Assembly (NCBI RefSeq): GCF_031769215.1
Contig: NW_026782006.1
Coordinates: 844,070-908,069 of the forward strand
Direction of reading: 5' to 3'
DNA: 64,000 nucleotides
Source of the DNA: Ylistrum balloti
Taxonomy: Eukaryota
The position numbers were made by a program, and so were the translations under genes. The notes beneath the pieces are model-generated. The model searched no databases and was not told the DNA's origin. It saw only the letters and a list, made by a program, of their open reading frames with translations. Positions 50,640 through 64,000 of the stretch are shown here, in pieces. Position 1 is the stretch's first letter. Each line of letters starts with the position of its first letter.

Positions 50640-53600
50640 AGTTTTCATTTCCAAATGCTGTATCTGGTCTGATCTAGTTTGACTGTTCCAATGCTGTATC
50701 TGATCTGATCTAGTTTGACTGTCCCAATGCTGTCCCAATGCTGTATCTGATCTGATCTAGTTTGACTGTTCCAATGCTGTATCTGATCTGATCTAGTTTG
50801 ACTGTCCCAATGCTGTATCTGATCTGATCTAGTTTGACTGTCCCAATGCTGTATCTGATCTGATCTAATTTGACTGTTCCAATGCTGTATCTGATCTGAT
50901 CTAGTTTCACTGTTCCAATGCTGTATCTGATCTAGTTTCACTGTTCCAATGCTGTATCTGATCTGATCTAGTTTCACTGTTCCAATGCTGTATCTGATCT
51001 GATCTAGTTTGACTGTTCCAATGCTGTATCTGATCTGATCTAGTTTGACTGTTCCAATGCTGTATCTGATCTAGTTTGACTGTTCCAATGTTGTATCTGA
51101 TCTAGTTTGACTGTTCCAATACTGTATCTGATCTGATCTAGTTTCACTATTTCAATGCTGTATCTGATCTGATCTAGTTTGACTGTTCCAATGCTGTATC
51201 TGTTCTGATCTAGTTTTACTGTTCCAATGCTGTATCTGATCTGATCTAGTTTGACTGTACCAATGTTGTATCAGATTTAATGTAGTTTGACTGTTCCAAT
51301 GCTGTATCTGATCTGATCTAGTTTGACTTTTCCAATGCTGTATCTGATCTGATCTAGTTTGACTTTTCCAATGCTGTATCTGATCTGATTTAGTTTGACT
51401 GTTCCAATACTGTATCTGATCTTATTTAGATTCACTGTTCCAATGCTGTATCTGTTCTGATCTAGTTTGACTGTTCCAATGTTGTATCTGATCTAGTTTG
51501 ACTGTCCCAATGCTGTATCTGTTCTGATCTAGTTTGACTGTTCCAACGTTGTATCTGATCTAGTTTGACTGTCCCAATGCTGTATCTGATCTGATCTAGT
51601 TTGACTGTTCCAATGCTGTATCTGATCTGATCTAGTTTGACTGTTCCAATGCTGTATCTGATCTGATCTAGTTTGACTGTTCCAATGCTGTATCTGATCT
51701 GATCTAGTTTGACTGTTCCAATGCTGTATCTGATCTAGTTTGACTGTTCCAATGCTGTATCTGATCTGATCTAGTTTGACTGTTCCAATGCTGTATCTGA
51801 TCTAGTTTGACTGTTCCAATGCTGTATCTGATCTGATCTAGTTTGACTGTTCCAATGCTGTATCTGATCTGATCTAGTTTGACTGTTCCAAATCTGATTG
51901 TATCTGTTCTGATCTAGTTTGACTGTTCCAATGCTGTATTTGATCTGATCTAGTTTGTTCCAATGCTGTATCTGATCTGATCTAGTTTGACTGTTCCAAC
52001 ATTGTATCTGATCTAGTTTGACTGTCCCATTGCTGTATCTGATCTGATCTAGTTTGACTGTCCAAATGCTGTATCTGATCTGATCTAGTTTGACTGTTCC
52101 AATGCTGTATCTGATCTGATCTAGTTTGACTGTTCCAATGCTGTATCTGATCTGATCTAGTTTGACTGTTCAAACGTTGTATCTGATCTAGTTTGACTGT
52201 TCCAATGTTGTATCAGATCTAGTTTGACTGTTCCAATGTTGTATCTGATCTAGTTTGACTGTACCAATGTTGTATCAGATTTGATCTAGTTTGACTGTTC
52301 CAATGCTGTATCTGTTCTGATCTAGTTTGACTGTTCCAATGTTGTATCAGATCTAGTTTGACTGTCCCAATGCTGTATCTGTTCTAGTTTGACTGTTCCA
52401 ATGCTGTATCTGTTTGACTGTTCCAATGTATGCTGTATCTGTATCTAGTTTGACTGTTCCAATGCTGCATCTGTTCTGATCTATGCTGTATCTGATCTGA
52501 TCTAGTTTGACTGTACCAATGTTGTATCAGATTTGATCTAGTTTGACTGTTCCAATGCTGTATCTGTTCTGATCTAGTTTGAGTGTTCCAATGCTGTATC
52601 TGATCTAGTTTGACTGTTCCAATGCTGTATCTGATCTGATCTAGTTTGACTGTTCCAATGCTGTATCTGTTCTGATCTAGTTTGACTGTTCCAATGCTGT
52701 ATCTGATCTAGTTTGACTGTACCAATGTTGTATCAGATTTGATCTAGTTTGACTGTTCCAATGCTGTATCTGATCTAGTTTGATTGTCCCAATGCTGTAT
52801 CTGATCTGATCTAGTTTGACTCCAATGCTGTATCTGATCTAGTTTGACTGTTCCAATGCTGTATCTGATCTGATCTAGTTTGACTGTTCCCAATCTGATC
52901 TAGTTTCACTGTCCCAATGCTGTATCTGATCTAGTTTGACTGTCCCAATGCTGTATCTGATCTGATCTAGTTTAACTGTTCCAATGTTGTATCTGATCTG
53001 ATCTAGTTTGACTGTCCCAATGCTGTATCTGATCTAGTTTAACTGTTCCAATGTTGTATCTGATCTGATCTAGTTTGACTGTCCCAATGCTGTATCTGAT
53101 CTAGTTTGACTGTTCCAATGCTGTATCTGATCTGATCTGTATCTGATCTGATCTAGTGTATCTGATCTAGTTTGACTTTTCCAATGCTGTATCTGATCTG
53201 ATTTAGTTTGACTGTTCCAATACTGTATCTGATCTTATTTAGATTCACTGTTCCAATGCTGTATCTGTTCTGATCTAGTTTGACTGTTCCAATGCTGTAT
53301 TTGATCTGATCTAGTTTGTTCCAATGCTGTATCTGATCTGATCTAGTTTGACTGTTCCAACATTGTATCTGATCTGATGTAGTTTGACTGTTCCAATGCT
53401 GTATCTGATCTAGTTTGACTGTTCCAATGTTGTATCTGATCTAGTTTGACTGTTCCAATACTGTATCTGATCTAGTTTGACTGTTCCAATGCTGTATCTG
53501 ATCTAGTTTCACTGTTCCAAAGCTGTATCTGATCTGATCTAGTTTGACTGTTCCAATGCTGTATCTGATCTGATCTAGTTTGACTGTTCCAATGCTGTAT

Positions 53601-55520
53601 CTGTTCTGATCTAGTTTTACTGTTCCAATGCTGTATCTGATCTAGTTTGACTGTTCCAATGCTGTTCCAATGCTGTATCTGATCTAGTTTGACTGTTCCA
53701 ATGCTGTATCTGATCTGATCTAGTTTAACTGTTCCAATGCTGTATCTGATCTGATCTAGTTTGACTGTACCAATGTTGTATCAGATTTAATGTAGTTTGA
53801 CTGTTCCAAAGCTGTATCTGATCTGATCTAGTTTCACTGTCCCAATACTGTATCTGATCTGATCTAGTTTGACTTTTCCAATGCTGTATCTGATCTGATC
53901 TAGTTTGACTTTTCCAATGCTGTATCTGATCTGATCTAGTTTGACTGTTCCAATACTGTATCTGATCTGATCTAGTTTCACTATTTCAATGCTGTATCTG
54001 ATCTGATCTAGTTTGACTGTTCCAACTATTTCAATGCTGTATCTGATCTGATCTAGTTTGACTGTTCCAATGCTGTATCTGTTCTGATCTAGTTTGACTG
54101 TCCCAATGCTGTATCTGATCTGATCTAGTTTCACTGTCCCAATACTGTATCTGATCTGATCTAGTTTGACTTTTCCAATGCTGTATCTGATCTGATCTAA
54201 TTTGACTGTTCCAATGCTGTATCTGATCTGATCTGATCTAGTTTCACTGTTTCAAAGCTGTATCTGATCTCATCTAGTTTGACTATTTCAATGCTGTATC
54301 TGATCTGATCTAGTTTGACTGTTCCAATGCTGTATCTGTTCTGATCTAGTTTGACTGTTCCAATGCTGTATCTGATCTAGTGAACTGTTCCAATGCTGTA
54401 TCTGATCTGATCTAGTTTGACTGTTCCAATGCTGTATCTGATCTAGTTTGACTGTTCCAATGCTGTATCTGATCTAGTTTGACTGTTCCAATGCTGTATC
54501 TGATCTGATCTAGTTTGACTGTTCCAATGCTGTATCTGATCTGATCTAGTTTGACTGTTCCAATGCTGTATCTGATCTAGTTTGACTGTTCCAATGTTGT
54601 ATCTGATCTGATCTAGTTTGACTGTCCCAATGCTGTATCTGATCTAGTTTGACTGTTCCAATGCTGTATCTGATCTGATCTAGTTTCACTGTTCCAATGC
54701 TGTATCTGATCTAGTTTGACTGTTCCAATACTGTATCTGATCTGATCTAGTTTGACTGTTCCAATGCTGTATCTGATCTGATCTAGTTTCACTGTTCCAA
54801 TGCTGTATCTGATCTAGTTTGAGTGTTCCAATGCTGTATCTGATCTGATCTAGTTTCACTGTTCCAATGCTGTATCTGATCTGATCTAGTTTCACTGTTC
54901 CAATGCTGTATCTGATCTAGTTTGACTGTTCCAATACTGTATCTGATCTGATCTAGTTTCACTGTTCCAACGTTGTATCTGATCTAGTTTGATTGTCCCA
55001 ATGCTGTATCTAATCTGATCTAGTTTCACTGTCCCAATGCTGTATTTGATCTGATCTAGTTTGACTTTTCCAATGCTGTATCTGATCTGATCTAGTTTGA
55101 CTTTTCCAATGCTGTATCTGATCCAACATTGTATCTGATCTAGTTTGACTGTTCCAATGCTGTATCTGATCTAGTTTGACTGTTCCAATGCTGTATCTGT
55201 TCTGATCTATATTCACTGTTCCACCGTTGTATCTGATCTAGTTTGACTGTCCCAATGCTGTATCTGATCTGATCTAGTTTTGACTTCTTCAACCAAACAC
55301 ATTAACTGTATCTGATCTAGTTTGACTGTTCCAATGAACTCTGAATATCATTTTTCCAATGTCTGTCATCTGATCTAGTTTAACACACTGTCCAATGCTG
55401 TATCTGATCTGATCTAGTTTCACTGTCCCAATGCTGTATTTGATCTGATCTAGTTTGACTTTTCCAATGCTGTATCTGATCTGATCTAGTTCAACTGTTC
55501 CAATGCTGTATCTGATCAAG
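50640..55520. repeat. Satellite S: 36-bp unit (CTGATCTGATCTAGTTTGACTGTTCCAATGCTGTAT) intermixed with a 29-bp variant lacking one CTGATCT, ~140 copies
   Basis: 12-aa periodic ORFs (DQIQHWNSQTRS / KLDQIRYSIGTV). Direct reading. Confidence 0.97.
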
Positions 55521-55859
55521 TATATATCTAGATACAGATTGTTGCCATAATTGTATCTATCTAGGCTTCTTCAGCAGAATTTTTTAATATTAGAAATACT
55601 AAAAGCAATAACAATTATTCCTGTAATTTTGTACGATGAGGAGGTGTTTTGACTTATGCTGTTGCTATAACTGTGTTCCTATAGAACATTGCACTGTCTT
55701 CACTGAAATCTCTTCCAAAAAGTCTATAATACTTTGGCTGCACTTTGATAAGGTTTCACAAGTGGCTAATCTGAAACTATATTTACTAACATATTTTGGT
55801 TATTTGAGTCATTCCTTTAAGACCACATGTATCTGACAATGGTTATATACTGATACAGA

Positions 55860-58800
55860 TTAACTATACACCTGTTTCACATCCATATGCTGTAACAGAT
55901 TAACATAATGCTAGATCCCTAGACAGTAATCCAAATTATATCTTTGGTAATAATACACTAGTTAATACAGATTAACAAGCTGTATAACTGGTACATCCTG
56001 TTATTTTGTAACACAGATTAATACTAGGATCCCTAGGGGTAATAATGCTGTGGTTATATCTGTAAACAGATTAACATACTGGTTATATCATTAACATACT
56101 AGATCCCTAGGGGTAATAATACACTCCTGGTTATATCTGTAACAGATTAACATACTAGATCCCTAGGGGTAATAATACACTCCAGGTTATATCTGTAAAC
56201 AGATTAACATACTAGATCCCTAGGGGTAATAATACACTCCTGGTTATATCTGTAACCAGTAATAATAACACTCCTGGTTATATCTAAACAGAACATACTA
56301 GACAATAACACTCCTGGTTAACTGTGTACAACTAGATCCCTAGGGGTAATAATACACTCCTGGTTATATCTGTAAACAGATTAACATACTAGATCCCTAG
56401 GGGTAATAATACACTCCTGGTTATATCTGTAACAGATTAACATACTAGATCCCTAGGGGTAATAATACACTCCTGGTTATATCTGTAACAGATTAACATA
56501 CTAGATCCCTAGGGGTAATAATACACTCCTGGTTATATCTGTAAACAGATTAACATACTAGATCCCTAGGGGTAATAATACACTCCTGGTTATATCTGTA
56601 ACAGATAGATACTAGATCCCTAGGGGTAATAATACACTCCTGGTTATATCTGTAAACAGATTAACATACTAGATCCCTAGGGGTAATAATACACTCCTGG
56701 TTATATCTGTAACAGATTAACATACTAGATCCCTAGGGGTAATAATACACTCCTGGTTATATCTGTAAACAGATTAAATATTACTGGTTATACTAGTAAA
56801 CAGATCCCTAGAGGGGTAATAATACACTCCTGGTTATATCTGTAAACAGATTAACATATAGATCCCTAGGGGTAATAATACACTCCTGGTTATATCTGTA
56901 ACAGATAGATACTAGATCCCTAGGGGTAATAATACACTCCTGGTTATATCTGTAACAGATAGATACTAGATCCCTAGGGGTAATAATACACTCCTGGTTA
57001 TATCTGTAACAGATTAACATACTAGATCCCTAGGGGTAATAATACACTCCTGGTTATATCTGTAAACAGATTAACATACTAGATCCCTAGGGGTAATAAT
57101 ACACTCCTGGTTATATCTGTAAACAGATTAACATACTAGATCCCTAGGGGTAATAATACACTCCTGGTTATATCTGTAAACAGATTAACATACTAGATCC
57201 CTAGGGGTAATAATACACTCCTGGTTATATCTGTAAACAGATTAACATACTAGATCCCTAGGGGTAATAATACACTCCTGGTTATATCTGTAACAGATAG
57301 ATACTAGATCCCTAGGGGTAATAATACACTCCTGGTTATATCTGTAACAGATTAACATACTAGATCCCTAGGGGTAATAATACACTCCTGGTTATATCTG
57401 TAACAGATTAACATACTAGATCCCTAGGGGTAATAATACACTCCTGGTTATATCTGTAAACAGATTAACATAGATACTAGATCCCTAGGGGTAATAATAC
57501 ACTCCTGGTTATATCTGTAAACAGATTAACATACTAGATCCCTAGGGGTAATAATACACTCCTGGTTATATCTGTAAACAGATTAACATACTAGATCCCT
57601 AGGGGTAATAATACACTCCTGGTTATATCTGTAACAGATTAACATACTAGATCCCTAGGGGTAATAATACACTCCTGGTTATATCTGGAACAGTAGGATA
57701 CTAGATCCCTAGGGGTAATAATACACTCCTGGTTATATCTGTAAACAGATTAACATACTAGATCCCTAGGGGTAATAATACACTCCTGGTTATATCTGTA
57801 AACAGATTAACATACTAGATCCCTAGGGGTAATAATACACTCCTGGTTATATCTGTAACAGATTAACATACTAGATCCCTAGGGGTAATAATACACTCCA
57901 GGTTATATCTGTAAACAGATTAACATACTAGATCCCTAGGGGTAATAATACACTCCAGATTATATCTGTAACAGATTAACATACTAGATCCCTAGGGGTA
58001 ATAATACACTCCTGGTTATATCTGTAACAATAGGATACTAGATCCCTAGGGGTAATAATACACTCCTGGTTATATCTGTAAACAGATTAACATACTAGAT
58101 CCCTAGGGGTAATAATACACTCCTGGTTATATCTGTAACAGATTAACATACTAGATCCCTAGGGGTAATAATACACTCCTGGTTATATCTGTAAACAGAT
58201 TAACATACTAGATCCCTAGGGGTAATAATACACTCCTGGTTATATCTGTAACAGATTAACATACTAGATCCCTAGGGGTAATAATACACTCCTGGTTATA
58301 TCTGTAAACAGATTAACATACTAGATCCCTAGGGGTAATAATACACTCCTGGTTATATCTGTAAACAGATTAACATACTAGATCCCTAGGGGTAATAATA
58401 CACTCCTGGTTATATCTGGAACAATAGGATACTAGATCCCTAGGGGTAATAATACACTCCTGGTTATATCTGTAAACAGATTAACATAATAGATCCCTAG
58501 GGGTAATAATACACTCCTGGTTATATCTGTAACAGATTAACATACTAGATCCCTAGGGGTAATAATACACTCCTGTTATATATAACATACTAGATCCCTA
58601 GGGGTAATAATACACTCCTGGTTATATCTGTAACAGATTAACATACTAGATCCCTAGGGGTAATAATACACTCCTGGTTATATCTGTAAACAGATTAACA
58701 TACTAGATCCCTAGGGGTAATAATACACTCCTGGTTATATCTGTAAACAGATTAACATACTAGATCCCTAGGGGTAATAATACACTCCTGGTTATATCTG

Positions 58801-60090
58801 TAAACAGATTAACATACTAGATCCCTAGGGGTAATAATACACTCCTGGTTATATCTGTAACAGATTAACATACTAGATCCCTAGGGGTAATAATACACTC
58901 CTGGTTATATCTGTAAACAGATTAACATACTAGATCCCTAGGGGTAATAATACACTCCTGGTTATATCTGTAACAGATTAACATACTAGATCCCTAGGGG
59001 TAATAATACACTCCTGGTTATATCTGTAAACAGATTAACATACTAGATCCCTAGGGGTAATAATACACTCCTGGTTATATCTGTAAACAGATTAACATAC
59101 TAGATCCCTAGGGGTAATAATACACTCCTGGTTATATCTGTAAACAGATTAACATACTAGATCCCTAGGGGTAATAATACACTCCTGGTTATATCTGTAA
59201 ACAGATTAACATACTAGATCCCTAGGGGTAATAATACACTCCTGGTTATATCTGTAACAGATTAACATACTAGATCCCTAGGGGTAATAATACACTCCTG
59301 GTTATATCTGTAAACAGATTAACATACTAGATCCCTAGGGGTAATAATACACTCCTGGTTATATCTGTAAACAGATTAACATAATAGATCCCTAGGGGTA
59401 ATAATACACTCCTGGTTATATCTGTAAACAGATCTGTAATAAACACTCCTGGTTATATCTGTAACAGATTAACATACTAGATCCCTAGGGGTAATAATAC
59501 ACTCCTGGTTATATCTGTAACAGATAGATACTAGATCCCTAGGGGTAATAATACACTCCTGGTTATATCTGTAAACAGATTAACATACTAGATCCCTAGG
59601 GGTAATAATACACTCCTGGTTATATCTGTAAACAGATTAACATACTAGATCCCTAGGGGTAATAATACACTCCTGGTTATATCTGTAAACAGATTAACAT
59701 ACTAGATCCCTAGGGGTAATAATACACTCCTGGTTATATCTGTAAACAGATTAACATACTAGATCCCTAGGGGTAATAATACACTCCTGGTTATATCTGT
59801 AAACAGATTAACATACTAGATCCCTAGGGGTAATAATACACTCCTGGTTATATCTGTAACAGATTAACATACTAGATCCCTAGGGGTAATAATACACTCC
59901 TGGTTATATCTGTAACAGATTAACATACTAGATCCCTAGGGGTAATAATACACTCCTGGTTATATCTGTAACAGATAGATACTAGATCCCTAGGGGTAAT
60001 AATACACTCCTGGTTATATCTGTGACAGATAGATACTAGATCCCTAGGGGTAATAATACACTCCTGGTTATATCTGTGACAGATAAACAT
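55860..60090. repeat. Satellite T: 57-bp unit (CAGATTAACATACTAGATCCCTAGGGGTAATAATACACTCCTGGTTATATCTGTAAA), ~73 copies; 54-bp variant with ACAGATAGATACTAG; degenerate copies 55860-56090
   Basis: Period 57 (56341 -> 56398). Unit contains CCCTAGGG palindrome. Confidence 0.97.
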
Positions 60091-60239
60091 AATCCTAGAG
60101 AGTAATTATTCAATTTACATTATACCAAGATTAGTTACAGCACCTATCATTTTACCCTCATTAAGAAAAAGTATGGAAGAGAGGAAATGAATGACACATA
60201 TAAGAGAGATTTCGAATCTGTATCATTAGTCCATCATTT

Positions 60240-62485
60240 TTATACATTGATGTGAACTTACCCTGCTATACAGTGTTCCTGCTGATACATTGATGTGATT
60301 CCTGCTGATACATCCTGGTTATATCTGTGAATTACCCTGCTATACAGTGTTCCTGCTGATACATTGATGTGAACTTACCCTGCTATACAGTGTTCCTGCT
60401 GATACATGGATGTGAACTTACCCTGCTATACAGTGTTCCTGCTGATACATTGATGTGAACTTACCCTGCTATACAGTGTTCCTGCTGATACATTGATGTG
60501 AACTTACCCTGCTATACAGTGTTCCTGCTGATACATTGATGTGAACTTACCCTGCTATACAGTGTTCCTGCTGATACATTGATGTGAACTTACCCTGCTA
60601 TACAGTGTTCCTGCTGATACATTGATGTGAACTTACCCTGCTATACAGTGTTCCTGCTGATACATGGATGTGAACTTACCCTGCTATACAGTGTTCCTGC
60701 TGATACATGGATGTGAACTTACCCTGCTATACAGTGTTCCTGCTGATACATGGATGTGAACTTACCCTGCTATACAGTGTTCCTGCTGATACATTGATGT
60801 GAACTTACCCTGCTATACAGTGTTCCTGCTGATACATTGATGTGAACTTACCCTGCTATACAGTGTTCCTGCTGATACATGGATGTGAACTTACCCTGCT
60901 ATACAGTGTTCCTGCTGATACATGGATGTGAACTTACCCTGCTATACAGTGTTCCTGCTGATACATTGATGTGAACTTACCCTGCTATACAGTGTTCCTG
61001 CTGATACTGATGTGAACTTACCCTGCTATACAGTGTTCCTGCTGATACATTGATGTGAACTTACCCTGCTATACAGTGTTCCTGCTGATACATTGATGTG
61101 AACTTACCCTGCTATACAGTGTTCCTGCTGATACATGGATGTGAACTTACCCTGCTATACAGTGTTCCTGCTGATACATGGATGTGAACTTACCCTGCTA
61201 TACAGTGTTCCTGCTGATACATGGATGTGAACTTACCCTGCTATACAGTGTTCCTGCTGATACATGGATGTGACTTACCCTGCTATACAGTGTTCCTGCT
61301 GATACATGGATGTGAACTTACCCTGCTATACAGTGTTCCTGCTGATACATGGATGTGAACTTACCCTGCTATACAGTGTTCCTGCTGATACATGGATGTG
61401 AACTTACCCTGCTATACAGTGTTCCTGCTGATACATGGATGTGAACTTACCCTGCTATACAGTGTTCCTGCTGATACATGGATGTGAACTTACCCTGCTA
61501 TACAGTGTTCCTGCTGATACATTGATGTGAACTTACCCTGCTATACAGTGTTCCTGCTGATACATTGATGTGAACTTACCCTGCTATACAGTGTTCCTGC
61601 TGATACATTGATGTGAACTTACCCTGCTATACAGTGTTCCTGCTGATACATTGATGTGAACTTACCCTGCTATACAGTGTTCCTGCTGATACATTGATGT
61701 GAACTTACCCTGCTATACAGTGTTCCTGCTGATACATGGATGTGAACTTACCCTGCTATACAGTGTTCCTGCTGATACATTGATGTGAACTTACCCTGCT
61801 ATACAGTGTTCCTGCTGATACATGGATGTGAACTTACCCTGCTATACAGTGTTCCTGCTGATACATTGATGTGAACTTACCCTGCTATACAGTGTTCCTG
61901 CTGATACATGGATGTGAACTTACCCTGCTATACAGTGTTCCTGCTGATACATTGATGTGAACTTACCCTGCTATACAGTGTTCCTGCTGATACATTGATG
62001 TGAACTTACCCTGCTATACAGTGTTCCTGCTGATACATGGATGTGAACTTACCCTGCTATACAGTGTTCCTGCTGATACATGGATGTGAACTTACCCTGC
62101 TATACAGTGTTCCTGCTGATACATTGATGTGAACTTACCCTGCTATACAGTGTTCCTGCTGATACATTGATGTGAACTTACCCTGCTATACAGTGTTCCT
62201 GCTGATACATGGATGTGAACTTACCCTGCTATACAGTGTTCCTGCTGATACATGGATGTGAACTTACCCTGCTATACAGTGTTCCTGCTGATACATGGAT
62301 GTGAACTTACCCTGCTATACAGTGTTCCTGCTGATACATGGATGTGAACTTACCCTGCTATACAGTGTTCCTGCTGATACATGGATGTGAACTTACCCTG
62401 CTATACAGTGTTCCTGCTGATACATTGATGTGAACTTACCCTGCTATACAGTGTTCCTGCTGATACATGGATGTGAACTTACCAT
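60240..62485. repeat. Satellite U: 43-bp unit (CCTGCTATACAGTGTTCCTGCTGATACATTGATGTGAACTTAC; ATTGATG/ATGGATG variants), ~52 copies
   Basis: Period 43 (60371 -> 60414). Confidence 0.97.
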
Positions 62486-62944
62486 TTTAGACATTGTTTT
62501 CTTTGCTATGACATCCTCATTTCTGAATCAAAATAAAGCTCAGCATTAAACATGATAAATTATCCTGTTTGACCACTCATTTAAACTCTTGTGTTTGTTG
62601 TATATAGCACATAATCTGGTTCATTTTCTTTCAGCAATACAAGGGTTAAGCATAACTTTGACCTTTGAATTAAAATGACTTTGATATAGTCATACAACCA
62701 TGTGACTCCAGAATCAAGTATCTACTTTCACAGACTTAGTTTGACATTTGACCTCAATAAAACCTTTGGGAGGAACTTTTGATCTCAGTGTTACATGCCT
62801 ATACTGTTCAGTAGACAACACAGGCTATTATATTGTTCTGTATTATGCTCATCCTTCAAACTAGAATAACTAAAACCAATAAATACACAATACGCATTAC
62901 TTGTAACTTCAGTATGAATGTATTTTAACATTAAGTACCCATAC

Positions 62945-63027
62945 CTTTGCTGATATTTAATTGTACTGTCAAAGTACGTGTCTTGATCCGATTCCGACTC
63001 CGAAGTCTTCCCTGAGTTCATTAAAAC
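62945..63027 (-). CDS. Candidate small exon: VLMNSGKTSESESDQDTYFDSTIKYQQ(R)
   Basis: Minus acceptor tgtgttacAG (63028-63029). Donor AG|GTATGG at 62944. Only one of three frames open. Confidence 0.35.
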
Positions 63028-63289
63028 CTGTAACACAAGATCAATAATAGATTTCAAAGTAGGTAAACATATACCCTAGTTATGAACTAGATCTTATGAT
63101 CTTATGATAACAGATTTAACAAGAGGCCCATGGGCCTTTACAGTCATCCAACTATAAAGACCTATATATGAAAGAGGCAAAAAAGGTCTAAAATAAATTA
63201 CTCAGCTACTCTAAATACAGCTTACATAGAAGACATTGGTTGGATATGAAAGACACTTTCTGCAAACTTGAAATTATATTTTTTTATAC

Positions 63290-63960
63290 ATGCACTACAT
63301 AATTGCCACTATTCCAGATGTATTACTTGTTGAAAAAGCAAGCTACAGGCCAAGTATCAAGACCCTTGGCCTTTCGGTTATTGAAAAGAAGTTGCTTAAG
63401 CATTTTATTATATTTTACCCCTGTGACCATGAAAGATGGCCCTATATCAGCTCCCTGGGCCTTTTGGTTATTGAGCAGTCATTTAAACATTTTAACATAT
63501 TTGAAATCTGTGACATTGAAAGTGGGTCAATGTCATTCATATTAACAAAGTTGGTAGCTCTCCATCCTAACATGCTACAGGACTAATATCATTATCCTGA
63601 GCCTTTTGGTTATTGAGATGAAGTTGCTTAAGCATTTCAATATATTTGATTCCTATGACCTTTCAAGCAGATAAAGGTCATTCCTATTAACTAGGGGTTG
63701 ATCCAACTTTTTGAATTTAAGAAATCATTCCCCACTCACCATGATGTTTGAAACAAAATTTGGTGGAAACACATCCAAGCATTAAGAAAGCGTAGTATTT
63801 TGAAGCAAAACATCGCTTAACTTCCCCTTTTGGAGCCCTGCCCAAAAGTCCTTTGGGGATGAATCAAATCATGAATTTATCAAAACAATTCCTACATTCA
63901 ATGATGTTTCAGGCCAAATTTGGTTGAAATTAATTCAAGCATTCTATATCTCCCTCCACC
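63290..63960. repeat. ~110-120-bp tandem repeat x3 (CTGGGCCTTTTGGTTATTGA..AAGTTGCTTAAGCATTT..ATATTT.A..C..TGACC..) followed by units related to the 31480-32200 family
   Basis: Direct reading; units at ~63350, 63460, 63590; 63720-63960 contains two ATGATGTTT(G/C)A..CAAATTTGGT(G/T)GAAA..TCCAAGCATT copies. Confidence 0.55.
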
Positions 63961-64000
63961 CCCTCTATCAAGTAGGGGTGTGGGGACACTATGATAACAG

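Noticed and set aside
1-64000. CRISPR array or other prokaryotic defence or mobile system
   Set aside because: The repeats are contiguous head-to-tail with no unique spacers. Genes have GT-AG introns, phase-1 EGF exons and a LINE fragment, so the DNA is eukaryotic. No cas-like, restriction-modification-like or operon-like coding is present.
1-64000. tRNA, rRNA or snRNA genes
   Set aside because: I found no cloverleaf-compatible segment with A/B box spacing and no rDNA-like GC-rich conserved blocks when reading through. A tRNA-derived SINE head cannot be excluded for the 13490 and 28850 elements without a tRNAscan or Infernal run.

Overview
This window is eukaryotic DNA, not prokaryotic. About 70% of the 64 kb is tandem-repeat (satellite/minisatellite) DNA from at least 19 unrelated families with unit lengths from 26 to about 156 bp. 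The arrays are spliced around short GT-AG exons. The rest is AT-rich unique sequence, one 5'-truncated non-LTR retrotransposon fragment, and several SINE- or MITE-like dispersed repeats. An invertebrate origin (a mollusc such as a bivalve) is my guess only. I found no CRISPR array, rRNA, tRNA or bacterial operon, and no prokaryotic defence system. Hand translation and splice-signal inspection support three protein-coding loci, each with phase-consistent splicing across its introns. (A) A plus-strand gene whose last two exons, 4874-5014 and 5229-5375, encode the C-terminal half of a discoidin / F5/8 type C domain. Its upstream intron within this window is entirely the 4.8-kb 39-bp satellite. 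(B) A convergent, paralogous minus-strand gene spanning 13954 down to 8277, encoding a dystroglycan-type cadherin-like (CADG/He_PIG) module, an EGF module and a discoidin domain. The discoidin domain is split at the same positions as in gene A. (C) A minus-strand gene of unrecognised product with at least five exons between 40759 and 32571. Its introns are filled by three different satellites and the LINE fragment. Two further candidates are a 937-nt minus-strand exon at 49659-50595 encoding a proline-rich 60-bp coding tandem repeat, and a small minus-strand exon at 62945-63027. The six-frame ORFs that lie inside satellite arrays are translation artefacts of the repeats. The most unusual aspect is the organisation of the locus. 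More than a dozen unrelated, highly homogenised satellites are packed end to end between and inside functional genes. Satellite units supply cryptic or apparently used splice signals, and one array junction contains a chimeric unit. One array grades from diverged to homogeneous copies.
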